Of a DNA stretch of 64,000 bases, positions 24,790-42,596 are shown in pieces. This DNA is from Scyliorhinus canicula. Taxonomy: Eukaryota. A model generated the notes under the pieces. It did not search any database. It saw only the letters and a list, made by a program, of their open reading frames with translations, and had not been told where the DNA came from. Numbering within the stretch: position 1 is the first letter of the stretch; each line of letters starts with the position of its first letter. Both the position numbers and the translations under genes were made by a program. The stretch covers positions 186,001-250,000 of the forward strand of contig NC_052168.1 of assembly GCF_902713615.1 (NCBI RefSeq), read 5' to 3'.

Positions 24790-25510
24790 GGGCGAGATTC
24801 TCCCAAAACGGGAGAAATCGTAAAGCTGCCGTAAAACCCGGGCGGGTTTTACGGCAGCGCGCCCCTTCCCGACGGGGGACCTATTCTGGTCCCCGGTCGG
24901 GGCTAGCAGCCCGACGCCGTAGGCTCCGGCAAGACGGGCTTAACGAAAATCGTTAAGCCCGCTTGCCGGAGTTAGCGCCGGCTGACGCGTCATATGACGT
25001 CAGCCGCGCATGCGCAGTTTGGAAGACTCAAACCCGCGCATGCGTGGGTGACGTCATCGCGTTTTTGCGCGAAACCCGCGCATGCGCGGGCCGGGTTGCC
25101 CCTCAGCCGCCCCACGAATGGATACTGCGGGGCGGCGGAAGGACAAGTAGTGCGCGGGCATCGGGCCCGCTGCCCGCGATCGGTGGGCACCGATCGCGGG
25201 CCCATGGCACCCTTGGCACGGCCATGGTACGGCCGTGCCAATCGGTGCCATGGTTATTAATAGCGAGTTTGTGACGCCGGTTTTACGAACGGCAAGACCA
25301 GGTGTGTTTGCCGTTCGTAAAAACGGCGGAAAGGGCTGGGACTTCGGCCCATCTAACAGCTGAGAATCGCTGCCGGCCGTAAAAAAACAGCGGCAGCGAT
25401 TCGGGTCGGGACTTCGGCGGGGGGTGGAGAATAGCGGGAGGGCGGCAAAAATGTCGGGAAGGCCCTCCCGCTATTCTCCCACCCGTCGTGGGGGGCGGAG
25501 AATTTCGCCC
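24790..25510. mobile_element. GC-rich non-autonomous DNA transposon (MITE), Harbinger-like
   Basis: TIRs gggcgagattctcc / ggagaatttcgccc, 3-bp TSD CCG, internal palindromes. Confidence 0.88.
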
Positions 25511-25717
25511 CCGAGGTCTCATGGCTCAGAACCCTTTGTATTTTGAGTTAGAAGCTCTTGGTTCAAACCCCCAGTCCAGGGCCTGTTGGCTGTGGAAGGA
25601 GAGTTTATAATTTGGTTAACAGCTTACTAATTCCCACCTGTGAAACAAGCAAACCTGTAACCAAATGTTTATTTGAAGGAGATTTCACTTTATTTGATTG
25701 TTTAATTTGCCAATTTA

Positions 25718-26022
25718 CATAGAACATAGAACATACAGTGCAGAAGGAGGCCATTCGACCCATCTAGTCTGCACCGACCCACTTAAACCCTCACTTCCAC
25801 CCTATCCCTGTAACCCACTAACCCATCTAACTTTTTTTGGTCACTAAGGGCACTTTAGCATGGACAAACCAACTAACCTGCACATCTTTGGACTGTGGGG
25901 GGAAACCCACGCAGACACGGGGAGAACGAGCAGACTCCGCACAGAGACCCAGCGGGGAATCAAACCTGGGACCCTGGTGCTGTGAAGCCACAGTGATAAT
26001 CACTTGTGCTACCGTGCTGCCC
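25718..26022 (-). mobile_element. V-SINE with CR1-type tail
   Basis: catagaacatagaac tail and reverse-complement head. Confidence 0.88.
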
Positions 26023-26084
26023 AATTTGTTACCGTTAAATCTGTTAAAGAAATGCAAAAATCAATTGAGGAATATTGGCCTCAT

Positions 26085-26335
26085 CCACTGTCTACCCACT
26101 GCCAGCCCACTGCCCATTCACTGCCCATCCACTGCCCATCCACTGCCCACCCACTGTCCATCAACTGCCCACCCACTGTCCATCCACTGCCCGCCCACTG
26201 TCCATCCACTGCCCATCCACTGCCCATCCACTGCCCGCCCACTGTCCATCCACTGCCCATCCACTGCCCATCCACTGTCCGCCCACTGTCCATCCACTGC
26301 CCATCCACTGCCCATCCACTGTCCGCCCACTGCCT
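26085..26335. repeat. 11-bp minisatellite ccatccactg(c/t), followed by a degenerate MITE-like segment to ~26790
   Basis: Directly visible. Confidence 0.85.
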
Positions 26336-27219
26336 GAACAGCACCTCTCCCCCCCCCCCCCCACACACCCATGGTGGCCCATCCCTGCGGAGGGTCGCCC
26401 CCCCACCCCCCTTCCGAGCACTGGGGTGGCAACCCCAGCGACCCGGGGCTCCTTGCCTGTGAGCAAAGATGGCTGCTCACCTCCTCAGCTCTCCCCAGAA
26501 GCCCTTCCACGAGGTTCACGTTTTCCAAAAGGAGTACTAACGGCAACAGTGTGACCACTCGCTGGGGAGGTGGTTGAATGACGGAACACGGCTGGATATG
26601 GGGTGGCTCCCGTTAATTGTTTGGAAATGGGGCTTAAATGGTGATAATTGATTTCTTGTCATGCTTCAGCGAGATCCCGATTTCGCCGAGGGGATTGGCG
26701 CCTGACGCGGTTCTTGTTTTTAGCCTCTGCCGCTATTCACCGGCCTCGTTCTGCTCGAGTGAGATTGCAGCGAGGCCGGAGTTTCGGGCTTCAATCGTTC
26801 TGAAACATTTTTCAAATGGATTAGTAATTCTGAAAACCCATCTAAAATGTAATCTAAATTGTAAAACTCAATATTAAAGTGCTGCATATATAAGAATACT
26901 TTAAGAATAATTTTATTGAAATAAATATTTAGTTACAGGTATCAGTTACTGTTTCGAACTGTAGACTCTACCTGTCAATAAAAGTAAATTACTGCGGAGG
27001 CTGGAATCTGAAACAAAAGCAGAAAACACTGGCCAATCTCAGCAGGTCAGACTGTCTCTGTGTAGAGAGATGGGAACAAACGGTTCAAGTCTTTACGCAG
27101 ACTCTCCCTGTTCTTTGGTCTGATGTTTGCAGTGATTCTTGTTAATTATTCTGGGTAAAAGTCCATTTGATGGAATTACAGAATGTAGTCCCCAAAAATC
27201 TTTTAAAGATCCCACATAA

Positions 27220-32790
<5,571 letters not shown>

Positions 32791-33039
32791 TCACTCTTAA
32801 CACTTTTCATACCATTCCAAATATTGCAGTGGTGAGTGGCCCTGGGTGACGATATGGTGGTTAGCTGAGTCACAAACCATAACCATAGTGACCGGACGGT
32901 CACCCAAAAGGCCCACCAGTAATCCTGGGCCTCAGTCAGCGCATTCACCGTATTTCATCCCCCCCCCCCCCTCCCCTGCTGTAATGATTGAAACGCTTGC
33001 TTTGCAGTACTGCAGTCTAGGGACAACAGATTACTTATT

Positions 33040-33362
33040 CGTTCAGGGGATGTGGGCGACGCTGGGTCAGCATTTACTGCCCATCCCCGAGGGTATTTAA
33101 CCACATCGCTGTGGGTCTGGAGTCACGTGTAGGCCAGACCGGGTAAGGACGGTAGATGTCCTTCCCTAAAGAACATTAGTGAATGTTTTACAACAATCAG
33201 CAATGGTTTCATGGTCATCATTAGACTTTTAATTACAGATTTTTCTTGAATTCAAATTTCACCATCTGTCCTGGTGGGATTTGAACCCAGGACCCCAGAG
33301 CATTACCCTGGGTCTCTGGATTACTAGTCCAGTAACAATTACCACTACGCTACTGCCTCCCC
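33040..33362 (-). mobile_element. tRNA-derived SINE of a second family (DeuSINE/SacSINE1-like)
   Basis: Minus-strand head gggaggcagtagcgtagtggt..gggttcaaatccc; subfamily name from memory only. Confidence 0.65.
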
Positions 33363-33377
33363 TTTTAAAAAGCTTAT

Positions 33378-34067
33378 GGGCGAAATTCTCCCAAAATGGG
33401 AGAAATCGTCAAACTGCCGTAAAACCCGGGCGGGTTTTACAGCATCGCGCCCCTTCCCGACGGGGGACCGATTCTGGTCCCCCGTCGGGGCTAGCAGCCC
33501 GACGTCGGAGGCTCCGACAAGTCGGGCTTAACGAAAATCGTTAAGCCCGCTTGTCGGACTTAGCGCCGGCTGACGCGTCATATGACGTCAGCCGCGCATG
33601 CGCAGGTGGGAAGACTCCACCCGCGCATGCGCGGGTGACGTCACCGCGTTTTTGCGCGAAACCCACGCATGCGCGGTCCGGGTTGCCCCTCAGCCGCCCC
33701 GCGTATTGATACTGCGGGGCGGCGGAAGGACAAATAGTGCGCGGGCATCGGGCCCATGGCACCCTTGGCACGGCCGTGGTACGGCCGTGCCAATCGGTGC
33801 CATGGTTATTTTTTTCCAGGTGGTCACGACGTTTTTACGAACGGCAGGACCAGGTGTGTTTGCCGTTCGTAAAAAGGTCGTAAAGGGCTGGGACTTCGGC
33901 CCTTCTAACAGCTGTGAATCGCTGCCGGCCGTAAAAAAAACGGCGGCAGCGATTCGTGTCGGGATTTCGGCGGGGGGGTGGGAGAATAGCGGGAGGGCGC
34001 CAAAAAAGTCGGGAAGGCCCTCCCCCTATTCTCCCAGCCGTCGTGGGGGGGGGGGAGAATTTCGCCC
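33378..34067. mobile_element. Second complete copy of the GC-rich MITE
   Basis: TIRs gggcgaaattctcc / ggagaatttcgccc, 3-bp TSD TAT; collinear with 24790-25510. Confidence 0.9.
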
Positions 34068-34399
34068 TATATCTTTTGATCTCAAATAGTTGGAGCCTTA
34101 ATTTTGGAATTTCATTTCTCTGTTGGTAACATTTTATTTCCTGTTGCTTTCTGCAGGATTTTTCAGAAATGGTGATATGGCAGGAATGGGTGTAGATCAT
34201 GTCGCTGTTACTCATGGTGGTCCATACAGCACTGGCCCATGTGGCAGAGGAAGGCAGGTAGGGGCAGAGATCATCCAGCTGGAACTAGTTAAAGACTACA
34301 CATAAAGACTGGCCCAAACAGGGCCCGCCCTTGTTGGTTGTCCCAATAGGAACTGGATTGGGAGAGTTATTGCTGTGAGCTGTACATATATATATAAAC

Positions 34400-35960
34400 C
34401 AAACATAGTCGAGAACATGCGGGAATAATAAGTAAGTTTGCAGATGACACCATGATTGGTTGGATGGTTAACAGTGACAAAGAGAGTTGTATATTATAGG
34501 AAGATATAGATGAGTTGGTCAGATGGGCAGAGCAGTGGCAGATGGAGTTTAACCCTGATAAATGCAGGAAATGCACTTTGGAACAAGAAACAGAACAGGA
34601 GAGTTTGTAATGAGGCATATGGGACACGTGCCTTTATCAGTCATGGCATAGATTATAAGAGCAGGGAGGTTGTGGTGGAGCTGTATAAAATGCTGATTAG
34701 GCCACATCTGGAGGACTGTGTGCAGTTCTGGTCACCTCACTATAGGAAGGATGTGATTGCTCTGCAGGGAGTGCAGAGGAGATTCACCAGGATGTTGCCT
34801 GGGATGGAACATCTGAGCTATAAGGAGGGACTGGATAGACTTGGATTGTTTTCTTTGGAGCAGAGAGGCTGAGGGAGATAATCCTGCCTGTCTTTGGAGC
34901 AGAGGCTGAAGTGGTTGCAACTCTCAACTTTATGGATTCCTCGCCAGTGACGGCTACTCAGGTTCGAGCATGGGCGCAGCAGGATCCAAGATTGTCCAAA
35001 CTCTGCCACCTGCTTTTGAGCGGCGGAATGCAGGGAGCCCCTCCTGTAGCCCAACAGCCTTTTGCCCAGAGGTTCTCGGAGCTGAGCTTGAGAACAGTGT
35101 CATATTGTGGGGAGCTCAAGTAGCCCCCCCCCCGCACAGGGCCAGGTTCCTGCTGAAGGACCTACACAGGGGGCACCCAGGTACCACCACGAAGGAGACA
35201 TTGGCCTACAGTTATGTCTGACGGCCCGGTATCAATGGGGACATTGAGAGAGTCTTATGTAGCTCTCTCATAAGAGCTACCACCCAGCGCCGCATTTGAC
35301 AATGGGAACGACTCTTGTGGAGCTGCTGATGGACCGATGGCTTCGAACATATTGGCAATATTCAGGGCTGGGTAAGGAAGAAAAGGGAGGCTTTTTGCAG
35401 ATAGATAGTGGGAAAATCAGCGGAGCCTTGGTGGAGTCTAGGAAGTGCAGGGGCAACAAGAAAGCTGTCAGGAGGGCAAATAGAGGGTGTGAGAAAGCAC
35501 TGGCGGGTAGGATTACGGAGAAGTCCAAAATATTCTAGAAGTATATTAAGAGGAAGAGAATAACCAGGGAAAGAGTAGGACCCATTACAAACCAAGGGAG
35601 CGATCTCTATGTGGATTTAAAGGACATTGATAGGGTGTTAAACGAGCATTTCGCATCTGTCTTCACTTGGCCGATGGAAGATGTCGGTACAGAATTCGGG
35701 GAGAGGGACTGGAATATATTTTTAAAATGCTGTCGATGTCCTTGGACTTTCAAAAGGCACTTGGCACAGTTTCATGAGAATAGTTATAGATCACGGAATA
35801 AAAGGGACATTTACAATATGGATACAAAATGAATAATAGGAAACGAAGAGTAAGGTCAATGGTTAATTTTCAGACTGGAGGAAGGTTTGTATGTGTTCCG
35901 CAGGGTTCAATATTGGGATATTTGCTTTTCCTGATATATATTAACAATCTAGATCTTGTT
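34400..35960 (+). mobile_element. Mosaic of degenerate CR1 fragments with an embedded Gypsy pol fragment (~34870-35345)
   Basis: LIRPHLEDCVQFWSPHY (CR1); QQDPRLS..LHRGHPG..LAYSYV (integrase zinc-finger region). Confidence 0.78.
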
Positions 35961-36507
35961 TTTCAGGGGGGAAATTAGGGGAAGGAAAAAAAAATCTCAA
36001 CTGTCTTCGGCATCAAACTTCTCTGTCCTGCTTTAAGCCCTGAAGTCTCTCTGACTGCCCAGTCAGCTTAACCTGCAGTCACGTATTCGCATTCCCCAAT
36101 GTTAAAGACTATATGTGTAAATTATTAGGGTTGTGTTGTTAACGCTAACAATATTTTGTACAGCTTGTGTTTCTTTTATCAAATGATTGTATATTTTATT
36201 CAGTGAGGTAATTCTGGATAACCCCCTGGTCCTGACCTTCTACCCTTTGTAATTTATAATTTAATAGCTTTCTCCATCCGCGTAAGGCTCTTGTAGATGT
36301 ATTAACGCGTGATAACATGGACATATATACATAGGATGTATACAATACACTGAACTACTCTGCAGTTCAACTGGGCAATAATCAGCTTGGTTTGTGTATC
36401 TGATGAGTTTAATTGATATTGACTGAAATCTGGGCAATAATTACACTAAGTGCTGCAGAACAACTTAAGAATGGATTTGTTTTGGTTTCTACTCTTCCCC
36501 CTCCCCC

Positions 36508-36697
36508 TGGGGCTTGTTTAGCACAATGCTAAATCGCTGGCTTTTAAAGCAGTCCAAGAGAGGCCAGCAGCACGGTTCAATTCCCGTACCAGCCTCCCCG
36601 AACAGGCGCCGGAATGTGGCGACTAGGGGCTTTTCATAGTAACTTAATTTGAAGCCTACTCGTGACAATAAGCGATTTTCATTTCATTTCATTTCAT
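36508..36697 (+). mobile_element. Short tRNA-derived SINE with (CATTT)n tail
   Basis: B box ggttcaattcc; 3' half shared with the V-SINE variants at 20330-20420 and 54785-54860. Confidence 0.8.
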
Positions 36698-36729
36698 GAT
36701 ACAAAACTTGTAAGCATTATAAACTTTGT

Positions 36730-37530
36730 AGAACATAGACAAGTCAGTGGAGTGGACAGAGAGGTGGCAGATGAAGTTTAGTTTGGAGAAATGTGAGGTG
36801 TTGCATTTTGACAGGAAGAACATGGAGAGACAATTAAAATAAGGCATAACATTCTTAACTAAGAGATCTGGGTGAATTTGTGGATCAATCATTGAGATGG
36901 CAAAGCAGGTGGAGAGCAGTTAATAAAGCAGATAGCATCCTGGGCTTTACTAATGGAGCACAGAGTATAAGAGCAAGGAGATGATGCTGAACTTATAGAA
37001 GACATTAGTTAGCCCTCAGCTGAAGTATTGTGTACAGTTCTGGGCACCACACTATAGCAGGGATGTGAATGTACTGGAGAGAGAGCAGAGCTTTACAAGA
37101 ATGGTTCCCGAGATCAGAAACTTTGTTATGAGGATAGATTGGAGAGGTTGGGGCTATTCTTCTTGGAGAGAAGAAAGTTGAGAGGAAATTTGATAGAGAT
37201 GTTCAAAATCATGCAGGGGATGGACAGAGTAGACAACGAGAAATGTGAAAGGATGAGAAAGAGAGGGCACAAATTTGAAGTGATTTGCAAAAGAAGCAAA
37301 TGTGATGTGAGAAATTCACACAATGAGCGGTTTGGGTCTAGAACGTGTTGCTTGGCAGTGTGGAGGAGGCAGGTTCAAACGAAGCATTTAAGAGGCCACT
37401 AGATGATTATTTGAATAGAAACAATTTGCAGGGGTTTAGGGAAAAGGCAGAGGAATAGCACTAAGTCATAATCTTCATTTGGTGACTGCTGCAGTTACAA
37501 TGGGTTGAGTGGTCTCTTTCTGTGCTGTCA
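36730..37530 (+). mobile_element. Degenerate CR1 3' fragment
   Basis: ERLGLFFLERRKLRGNLIEMFKIM motif. Confidence 0.85.
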
Positions 37531-38649
37531 TAATTCTGTGATATTGTGATTCTGCAATCTGTTCGCTCATTGTACTATAACACTCAGTCACATCGTACTG
37601 CAGCTGGTGAACTGTAGGAAGGGGACAAATGGGCTCTAATGAGAAGAGTGGTGACTTTGGAAGTTACGACGAGTTGAATGTTGGTGGCTTTGGGTTCGAA
37701 CCCAGGTAGCATCACTCATTGTCTTGTGTCACGTGGAGCTGGGAGGGTGTATATTGTCAGGCAGTGTCTCTGACTCCCAGCTTCCTCCTCCTTCAATAAG
37801 CTTTGGTTAAGGGATGTTTCCAATAAACTCCTTTGCTGATGATTAGAGTGGATGACGGGCAGGAATGGGAGATCCAACAGAGGAGAAGCAGCAACTGTTG
37901 AAGCATTTTCTAATCATGAAGAAAATGACAATCCCCTTGTTAACTAAAGATTTCTACATCATTCAGTCCCCTCGATATTTCTGAGCTCCAAGCAGTGATA
38001 TTATCCTTAATAAGACCATTAACCATGTTCAGATAATATGAGGCAGTAACAATCACAAACTATCACCATCCCTGTTTACCCCATTCTGCAACATTATTGC
38101 CAATGAGAGAAATACTGGTTCAGTTGAAGATAAGATTGAGCTGAACTGTGAACAGTTAAGCCGTCTTCTGACCTTATCGTTACCTGATTTCCCCTTCTCA
38201 GTCAGGGTACTCCACAGGAGCTACTCTCCAGTCCCAGGACATAAAAGTGAGGGAAAAGTGTGGTGTGAAACTCCACCATCTCCTCCCTTACTTCTTTTAA
38301 CAGCACCCTATCAGGACAATTACCTTGTCTACAATTACCTTGAACAATTATTCCAGATTCTCCGCTTCTTCAGCTCTATCCTCACTTCTACAAACATTTC
38401 TAAAACCTGATGCAAAATATTTATTTAAAATCTCCCCATATCTATCCTCTCTTTAGCTTATTTCTTTATTTTAATATGTTTCTATATGTCCAAATTGAAA
38501 AACAATACATTTGAAAAATGAAAACTAAATTTGAAGAAATTTGAAGAATTAAATGTTGAAGATGTAGAGTTTTGTGTTCAGTCATCGTATAAAGCAACAG
38601 CCTCATTCACAATTCTCTCAACCCAAATAGATACATTTTTCAACCATCG

Positions 38650-38686
<37 letters not shown>

Positions 38687-39069
38687 CCTCAGTTTAACAA
38701 TTCCCAGAGACAGGTGAGAAGGAAGGGGTGGGTCGATATTAGAATGCAGTCTGAAAGTGGTGACAGGAGAATTAATGGAACAGTCAGTTACAGTTAGTTC
38801 AGACCTACCTGATACCTAACCTGTGCGACAGAGACGTGAACATTGTCTTACTGTCATCACTGATTGAACATCAGGACCTCACTTTCCATCATTCAGCCAC
38901 TTTCCTTCCAACAATTTCACTTTCTCATCTTTTTCCTGTTGGTATTGTTCGAACGAGAGGAAGACGCTATTCCGCTATATCACCAGGAAAATACCGTAAG
39001 GTTTAACTTGCTTTTCTATTTTAGAAAATAAATTGTATTGTTTTGCAGGACTTGTTGTCTCAGCCGAGG

Positions 39070-39580
39070 CTAGTGGTAGTTAAACACTGGTAGTTAACCA
39101 GCAGACAGTTAACTAATGGGCACTTAATTAACTGATAAATAATGAATAGCAGCTCATTAACAGGTAGTTAACCAGCACACGGTTAATTAGCAGGCACTGA
39201 ACAAGCAGCAGCTAACCAGTGAATAGTTAATTAGTGATGAGGTAACCAGCAGTTTGCCACCACCTTTATGTCAATTGGGGTGAGCACTAACTACCGATCT
39301 TGTCAGTGACATCCCATGAACAAATTTTAAAAAGCAAGTAGTTCACAAATAGGCAGTTAGCCACTGGCAACTGAATTAGTGGGCAGTAAATTAGCGGTTA
39401 ATTAATGGACAGTTAATTAGAAGCCAGTTAACCAACTGCGGTTAATTAATGGACAGTTAACCAGCAACAATTACCCAAAACACAGTTAACCAACAGCAGG
39501 TAACCAGCAGGAAGTTAATTAGTAAGCTGTTAATTAAAGGTGATGAGCTAGTGATCAGCTAATTAGTCAGCAGTTAAGCA
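39070..39580. repeat. Degenerate ~15-bp repeat rich in GTTAAC/TTAATTA
   Basis: Recurrent cagttaaccagc / gttaattag units. Confidence 0.7.
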
Positions 39581-40885
39581 GTGTCTCTGGATCCAGCTGT
39601 GGGACATCGGCTCCAGATGTTGAGGCAGCAGCAGCATTTTGATTGTTTGATTCGACAGAGCAGGTCCTGATTCTACTGCTGATTGTCTCTGTTCCAGATC
39701 AACACAGATATTATGTTTAATTACTAATTTATAGCAAATCACAAATAATGTGCAGGGTTACAGTCTAAAGGACTAGTTTCCAAATTAAATTCTGTTCAAG
39801 ATATGCTCCTACTTTTTCAAACTCTTGTAAATATGAATTTAAAAGGTTTAAATTGTGGATGCAGATAAGGTCAGTGAAAGAGTAACAGACACAAAGTTCG
39901 AGCCTCTGTAATGTTATAACCCTTTTGTACAGTCACAGTGTGTAACCCACCCCACTGAACTAAAATAATAAATCACAGAATAATCTAGAACGAGAAATCC
40001 ATTTGATCCATTGTGCTTGTACAGGCTTTATGATAAAGATACTAAATTAATCCTACTCCCCTACCTTATCTATATATTCCTGTAATCAGAATTGCTGCCT
40101 ACACCAGGACTTCAGCCCTGCCAGCCACAGATACTGGGCTGTGCCGATCTCACTTTTTTCAGGGATCAACTACCTACCCACTAACTACCAACACCAGTCA
40201 GTCATTGTCAGCAGTCATTCTGAACAGTTTATTAATTGCTCAGTTTCACACTGGTGACAATTGCTGGTTGAAGTGGGGGTGGGGTGGGGAGAGAGAGTGT
40301 TACTGACTGCCTTGCGCCTCTTTGAGATTAATAACGTGTTGTGCTGAATCTATGACCGTACTGAATGTTCAGTCCTGAGAAGGCAGACTCGGGATTGCTC
40401 TGCATGGCTAAATGGTTCAGAGAGACCATTGCTAAACACAGGTCACTGTTTGTATCACTGGAAAGCTGTGTCCAGTGGGACATCACAGGGCTAAGCACCT
40501 CAACGTTTGCTATTCATGGCTTCATGAAAGATTGACTTAGGTGTAGAGGCCAACACCGTCCTTAGGTAGGTCTGTGTCTCCTGTGGGACAGACCAGCCAG
40601 AGCGAGTGGCATTATTGTATATGCTCAAGATAAAGGCCTGGCTCGGGCAAGTAAACCACCTGCTGAATTAAACATGCCACCCATCAATTGATGGCCTAGC
40701 AAGACGTGGAAGAAACATTGAGGGCAGCAAGAACACAGACCAAACCCTGATGGGATGGGCTTGGTGACCTGAAATGTAGAAGCTAATAGGTAGTAACAAA
40801 GCTCCCACTGTGTTGTTACAACCAAGCCAGCAAGAGTGAGCTCACTCCTCTCCATGGGTTGGTTATAGCAGAGTTTGCATTTTTC

Positions 40886-41640
40886 TTTTGAGAGGGCTAG
40901 AATACAAGAGCAGGGATGTATTTCTGAGGCTGTATAAGGCTCTGGTCAGACCCCATTTGGAGTATTGTGAGCAGTTTTGGGCCCCGTTTCTAAGGAAGGA
41001 TGTGCTGGGCCTTGGAAAGGGCCCAGAGGAGGTTCACAAGAATGATCCCTGGAATGAAGAACTTGAGGAATGGTTGAGGACTCTGGGTCTGTGCTCGTTG
41101 GAGTTTAGAAGGATGAGGGGGATCTTATTGAATCTTACAGAATACTGAGAGGCCTGGATAGAGTGGACGTGGAGAGGATGTTTCCACTTGTAGGAAAAGA
41201 TAGAACCTGAGGCTACAGCCTCAGACTGAAGGGACGATCCTTTAAAACAGAGATGAGGAGGAATTTCTTCAGCCAGAGGGTGGTGAATCTGTGGAATTCT
41301 ATGTCACAGAAGGCTGTGGAGGCCAAATCACTGAGTTTAAGACAGAGATGTTCCTGTGTTTGCGTGGGTTTCGCCCCCACAACCCAAAGATGTGCAGGTT
41401 AGGTAAATTGGCCACGCTAAATTGCCCCTTAATTGGAAAAAAATGTATTGGGTATTCTAAATTTATTTTAAAACATTTTTTTTTTAAAAGACAGAGATAG
41501 ATAGGCTCTTGATTAATAAGGGGATCAGGGGTTATGGGGAGAAGGCAGGAGAATGGGGATGTGGAATAGATCAGCCATGAATGAATGGTGGAGCAGACTT
41601 GATGGGCCAAATGGCCTAATTCTGCTCCTATATCTTATGG
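40886..41640 (+). mobile_element. CR1 3' fragment containing a 5'-truncated V-SINE (41350-41487)
   Basis: LYKALVRPHLEYCEQFWAP; SINE flanked by TSD aagacagagat (41339-41349, 41488-41498). Confidence 0.88.
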
Positions 41641-41744
41641 AGTAATGACCTACTATATTTTTTTATATTATATTGTCAATTCAACTGTGCATAGTTTGGT
41701 TTAAAAATTAAGCCAGCCAGATTCCTTGATTTACACGCACATAT

Positions 41745-41745
<1 letters not shown>

Positions 41746-41776
<31 letters not shown>
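41746..41776. repeat. (CA)n microsatellite
   Basis: Directly visible. Confidence 0.95.
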
Positions 41777-41779
<3 letters not shown>

Positions 41780-42596
41780 CGCAAGCGCACACACCTGCCC
41801 CAGACGTGTGCAAAAATGAATAAAACTTTAGAGTTTCAAATGTTAAAATTTAGCTAAGTAAAATAAAGATAAAGTTATTTTTAAAACCTTCAGCGATTGT
41901 CTGAAACTCGTTCCACCCAGAGATCACTTTCCCTGGTGGCTAACTATTGGCTGAATCTCTTTTCACTTGAACACAGTTGGAATCCTCCTTTAAGAACTCT
42001 GTGCAGCAATGAATTCCTCTGGTGGTTTCAAACCACAAACAGGGCTCAGTTTTGTTGAGAGAAGTTTTGGGCGAGGGGAATGGGGGGGGGGGGGGGGGGG
42101 TCAATCAGGTTGTTATCCGCACTGTCTTTGTGGCAGTTTCTGTCTGTTTATATTTTACAAGAGCCGGGTCACGTGGCCTTTCTCTGGCTTCAGTCTGGGA
42201 TTTATTTTAACCACTGTCTCTGAGAGCCCCATTGACCCCGGACACGATCTGACAGCCGCGCTGTACCCGTTGTGGATCCGAGTTAGATCAAGGAGTGGGT
42301 GAAAGCAGGATCGGCATCGAGCAGCGATTAGCTTCCTGTGTAACCGGCCCGCTCCTGTTGGCGAGATCCGGATGCCAGTACCAATAATCTCCGATTAAAG
42401 CCAATCTCATATTGTTAACGGGAAGGCCCCCCTCTCTAATGGCCTCGCGTGTTCTAACCGTATCCCCAGCGAGAGGTCACGTGGACACCCTTTAACACCC
42501 CTACTTAAAAATGTGAAGCTAGTGAAATGGCTGCTGTGGGGTTTGGAGGAGGTGAGTAATCAGCTTCGAACCCAGACATCAGCACTGGGGCTGCTG

